64,000 nt of DNA, taken from the NCBI GenBank assembly GCA_965216785.1, contig OZ244197.1, forward strand, positions 3,008,001 to 3,072,000, in the 5' to 3' direction. Position numbers and translations under genes: made by a program. The notes under the pieces are model-generated. The model ran no database searches. It was not told the origin of the DNA and worked only from the letters and a program-made list of their open reading frames with translations. Positions 60,935 to 64,000 of this stretch are shown piece after piece; position 1 is the stretch's first letter; every line of letters starts with the position of its first letter. Source of the DNA: Thermodesulfobacteriota bacterium. Its GTDB lineage: Bacteria; Desulfobacterota_D; UBA1144; Nemesobacterales; UBA2774.

Positions 60935-61531
60935 CTATATATCTCCGTACCCAATTTTCTTACTCTTTTTAAGCCTCACGAACATGACTATATGGACGAA
61001 AATAATAACAGGCACTATAAACGTCGGCAGCAGACTGAGCGGCAGCTTGAGAAGCTCACTCATTGAAGCAGGCTCAGCCATCGCCAGTCTCCCTGCTGTA
61101 GCTACGACAAAGAGAATATCCAGAAGCCCAAGGAGGTTCCATAGGAAAAACAAAAACCAAGAGGCTTTCCCCCTCGACGGAATAAAGAGAATAAGCCCCA
61201 CGGCTAGGGCAGCTATAACAATATCGCCCCACCCTCCTAGTACCGCGAAATCGTAAGGAAGCTTTCCTTGAGCGTAGAGTATAAGAAAATAGACCCCTAC
61301 GAACCTAACTAGGTTAAAAAGAAGAAAAACTTTTACATCGATGCCGATACACCAGCTCTTAAACCCATCTACCCGCCAAAATGAGAGCAGCAAGATAATA
61401 ACCAGCCCGAAGAGAATGAACTGAGGTAAAGGCGGGCGGAGAGAGGCTAATACTCCTGACGCCCCTGCTATAAGCGCTATTATCAGCCATACACCAGCGA
61501 TCGCCGCAATATTGATCGAGCTTCTATCCAT
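60935..61531 (-). CDS. Hypothetical multi-pass membrane protein
   Basis: About 6 TM segments, with LP..FA..GG.GD, WN.LG.LD and PL.L.P.F.VP...H motifs typical of a conserved uncharacterised family. Confidence 0.75.
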   Translation of the reverse strand: MDRSSINIAAIAGVWLIIALIAGASGVLASLRPPLPQFILFGLVIILLLSFWRVDGFKSWCIGIDVKVFLLFNLVRFVGVYFLILYAQGKLPYDFAVLGGWGDIVIAALAVGLILFIPSRGKASWFLFFLWNLLGLLDILFVVATAGRLAMAEPASMSELLKLPLSLLPTFIVPVIIFVHIVMFVRLKKSKKIGYGDI

Positions 61532-61540
61532 AATGTCTAC

Positions 61541-62080
61541 TCAATCCTTTAAATTAAATATCTTCAAGGGCGTGTATACGGATCCCTTGTTATTTAGCTC
61601 GCTCTTAATGAGACCTACGTGGGATATATCAAAAGCGGTCTTCTCGGGAAATGCAATCGGTTTTTTTATACTCAATTTACTCTTTACTCGTCCAACGGTA
61701 ATATGCGGAATGAACCTTCGGTTTTCCGCTTTAAAACCAAGCGCTTCCAGCTCACTCTCGATTTCGCTTTTAAGCAAGGAAAGCCCATCATTGGGCGAAA
61801 GACCAACAAATAAAACACGGGGCTTTTCTAGATTCGGGAAACCACCGAACCTTGTGATATTCATATTAAAGGGTGAGTATTTAAAACAGAGGGTTTCTAG
61901 TTTATCGGAAATCTCTGCTGCGGCACTGTCCCCGGTTTCTCCGAGAAATTTTAGCGTAACGTGAAGCTTTTCGTACTTCTCCCACTTAACACCGTCAATA
62001 CACGGCTTAAGTCCGTCTATATATTCACCTACCTTGAGCCTGACCTCATCGGGCAAAAGCCCCGCAATAAATATTCTCAA
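61541..62080 (-). CDS. thpR: RNA 2',3'-cyclic phosphodiesterase (2H family)
   Basis: MRIFIA, LHVTLKFLG, PHITVGR and S.L...G..Y motifs. Confidence 0.92.
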   Translation of the reverse strand: MRIFIAGLLPDEVRLKVGEYIDGLKPCIDGVKWEKYEKLHVTLKFLGETGDSAAAEISDKLETLCFKYSPFNMNITRFGGFPNLEKPRVLFVGLSPNDGLSLLKSEIESELEALGFKAENRRFIPHITVGRVKSKLSIKKPIAFPEKTAFDISHVGLIKSELNNKGSVYTPLKIFNLKD

Positions 62081-62134
62081 GATAACTCACCGGATATGAG
62101 CACAAGACTTCCCCATTAATTATCTTCCCGGGAT

Positions 62135-63394
62135 TTACTTACACCAGGTCGGGAACGACTTACCGCCGCTCTTGCCGAGCTTACGCTGGTTCTGGCCGTT
62201 TAAATACATTATGTAGAGATTTTTACCTCCCGATCTGGAAGAGCTGAATGCGAGATAATGGCCGTCGGGCGACCAGGCTGGGTTCTCGTTTCTACCCGAG
62301 GCCGAGGTCAGTCTTTCCTGGCCCGAACCGTCAGGGTTTATCGTGTAAATGTTCGCCCCGCCTTCTACCTTAACGAAAGCTATGCGGTTAACTTCCCTGC
62401 TGGGAGACCAATCTGGATCTGTGCTGTACCCGCCCGAGGTTATCTTTCTAACCCCTCTACCGCTCGCTGTCATGACGTATATCTGCGGAGAACCGGAGCG
62501 GTCAGAGACAAACGCGATCATCCCGCCGTCGGGAGACCAAGTCGGAGAGACGTCGATCGAGTGGCTCCTGGTAAGGTTCACAGCCCCCTTGCCGTTCGGA
62601 CCGGAAACGTAAATGTCTCCGTTCGCGCTGAACGCTAACTGCCTTCCGCTCGGGGACCACGCGGCGCTTTGTTCAAGCTTAAACGCCTTTGTAAGCCTTG
62701 TTTCTTTAACGCCCGAGCCAAGGGTGATCACATAAAGATCCTGGTCCCATACTTTATCGGAGTTAAATACGATCTTATCCCCCGAGGGAGAGCAATGGGG
62801 AGACATTATTAGCGAGCTATGTCTTGTGAGCTGTCTAATATTAAAACCGTCGTAGTCTGAAATAAAGAGGTTCCTCTTACTCCTTCCCCCCTGAACATAA
62901 GCAATCTTTGATGTAAAAAATCCTTTTTTTCCCGTTATCTGCTTCATTACGAGATCGGCAAACCGGTGGGCAGCCTCCCTCACCTTGCCGGGCGTTGCCT
63001 CATAAGATCTCCCGAGTATCGCTCGCTCTTCCTTAACGTTAAAGAGCCTCACGGCAAATTTTATACGACCCCCGCTCGCTTGATACTGCCCGGCGACCAG
63101 GTAATCAGCCCCCGCGTCGAATAGTGACTGAAATCCGATATTGTCTATACCACCCGCAATTGGTGTTCCCAAGCTCACGTCGAAAAGTGCGGCGTTTTCA
63201 AGATCGTTACCGAGCACCCTCGCGAATTCCTGCGCGGCCTGGTCGGGCGGGCCAACATTCGAAAGCTCGGCAATATGCACCGGCAGCTTCTGCACAATCG
63301 GACCTGTAACATCCGGGAGCTTAATCTGTGAATACGCAACCCCTGAAAACGATATAAATACACTTAAGGTTAGAAATAATATCCTGAATGCCAT
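62135..63394 (-). CDS. tolB: TolB-like beta-propeller protein
   Basis: Signal peptide, TolB_N domain (AHRFAD), DYDG and PD40 repeats (SP.WSPDG..IAF.SDR.G). ATG at 63394 follows GGAGG. Confidence 0.88.
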   Translation of the reverse strand: MAFRILFLTLSVFISFSGVAYSQIKLPDVTGPIVQKLPVHIAELSNVGPPDQAAQEFARVLGNDLENAALFDVSLGTPIAGGIDNIGFQSLFDAGADYLVAGQYQASGGRIKFAVRLFNVKEERAILGRSYEATPGKVREAAHRFADLVMKQITGKKGFFTSKIAYVQGGRSKRNLFISDYDGFNIRQLTRHSSLIMSPHCSPSGDKIVFNSDKVWDQDLYVITLGSGVKETRLTKAFKLEQSAAWSPSGRQLAFSANGDIYVSGPNGKGAVNLTRSHSIDVSPTWSPDGGMIAFVSDRSGSPQIYVMTASGRGVRKITSGGYSTDPDWSPSREVNRIAFVKVEGGANIYTINPDGSGQERLTSASGRNENPAWSPDGHYLAFSSSRSGGKNLYIMYLNGQNQRKLGKSGGKSFPTWCK

Positions 63395-63511
63395 ATATCC
63401 TCCGCAAATGTAAATTGATTTACTATACAAGTGATATTGGGAATAAATCTAGCTAATGAGAACAGAAAAAACCAGTGAAAATGATAAGCAGCTTAAAATA
63501 ATAGTGCGGGC

Positions 63512-64000
63512 TTATTCTTCAAGCTCGACGTTCCAGTAAGAAATGTCGACGAAATTGAGAAAAGGCTCCCACTCCTTATACCTGACAGCTCTTATGTATA
63601 TGTTTGAGAACGGGTCCCAAAGCGGCTTCTTTGGCTTACGGTTAAGTTTCATCCTGGCCTGGACAGGCGTTCTCCCGCCCTTTTTTCTGTTGCAGTCAAT
63701 ACAGCAGCACACTACGTTGTCCCAAACGCTCTTGCCACCCTGGGAACGGGGTACCACGTGGTCTATTGTAAGCTCGGCTCTTGAAAACTTGCTCCGGCAG
63801 TACTGACACATCCCGCCGTCACGCCTGAAAATATTTATACGGTTAAACTTGGCCTCTTTTCTTACAAATCCCTCGTATCTTACCAGCAGTATCACTCTTG
63901 GGGTTTTAATCGCGGTGTTTACGGTTCTTATTACGTCTTCCTGGTTATCTCTGAGCATGGATATATCGGTCCAGGAATCAAAATCGAAGGTCTCATAATC
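63512..64000 (-). CDS. HNH endonuclease family protein (5' end beyond the window)
   Basis: PRVI.L..Y, R.NIF.RD...CQYC...LTIDHVVPRS.GG...W.N.V.CC..CN.KK motifs. The frame is open to the window edge. Confidence 0.9.
   Translation of the reverse strand, partial: DYETFDFDSWTDISMLRDNQEDVIRTVNTAIKTPRVILLVRYEGFVRKEAKFNRINIFRRDGGMCQYCRSKFSRAELTIDHVVPRSQGGKSVWDNVVCCCIDCNRKKGGRTPVQARMKLNRKPKKPLWDPFSNIYIRAVRYKEWEPFLNFVDISYWNVELEE

Noticed and set aside
63512-64000. HNH nuclease as a defence or mobile gene
   Set aside because: It matches a widespread standalone chromosomal HNH family. No methylase, Cas or ATPase partner is visible, and the gene is incomplete at the window edge.

Overview
This is a 64-kb gene-dense bacterial chromosomal window. 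The TolC, TolB, OprB, AsmA-like and lipoprotein genes indicate a diderm. The gene mix resembles a deltaproteobacteria-like lineage such as Ca. Dadabacteria, but that is a weak impression and was not tested. From about 8.4 kb to 64 kb the genes are mostly housekeeping and envelope: hemW, tolC-macA-ABC, eno, leuCD, rpoN-hpf-ptsN-hprK-rapZ-EIIA, LonC-type protease, aat, AsmA-like, bioB, two GSTs, thpR, tolB and an HNH gene. Several secreted or lipoprotein genes also lie there (FG-GAP, WG-repeat, Cys-rich GH17, carboxylesterase, tandem GT-C glycosyltransferases). The first 7.6 kb is a mosaic, partly AT-rich accessory block of detox and stress modules (MarR-rhodanese-MBL-RidA-Rieske; GcvA-like LysR with RidA; a sensor-less sigma-54 activator; a dehalogenase-like hydrolase; SnoaL). 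This block abuts a dprA gene whose 3' end is cut off. It carries an IS3-like terminal repeat remnant and is bracketed by a 52-bp imperfect direct repeat. Several operators and promoters are readable directly in the DNA. I saw no rRNA, tRNA, CRISPR array, integrase or transposase. All product calls come from motif recognition by eye, not database searches.
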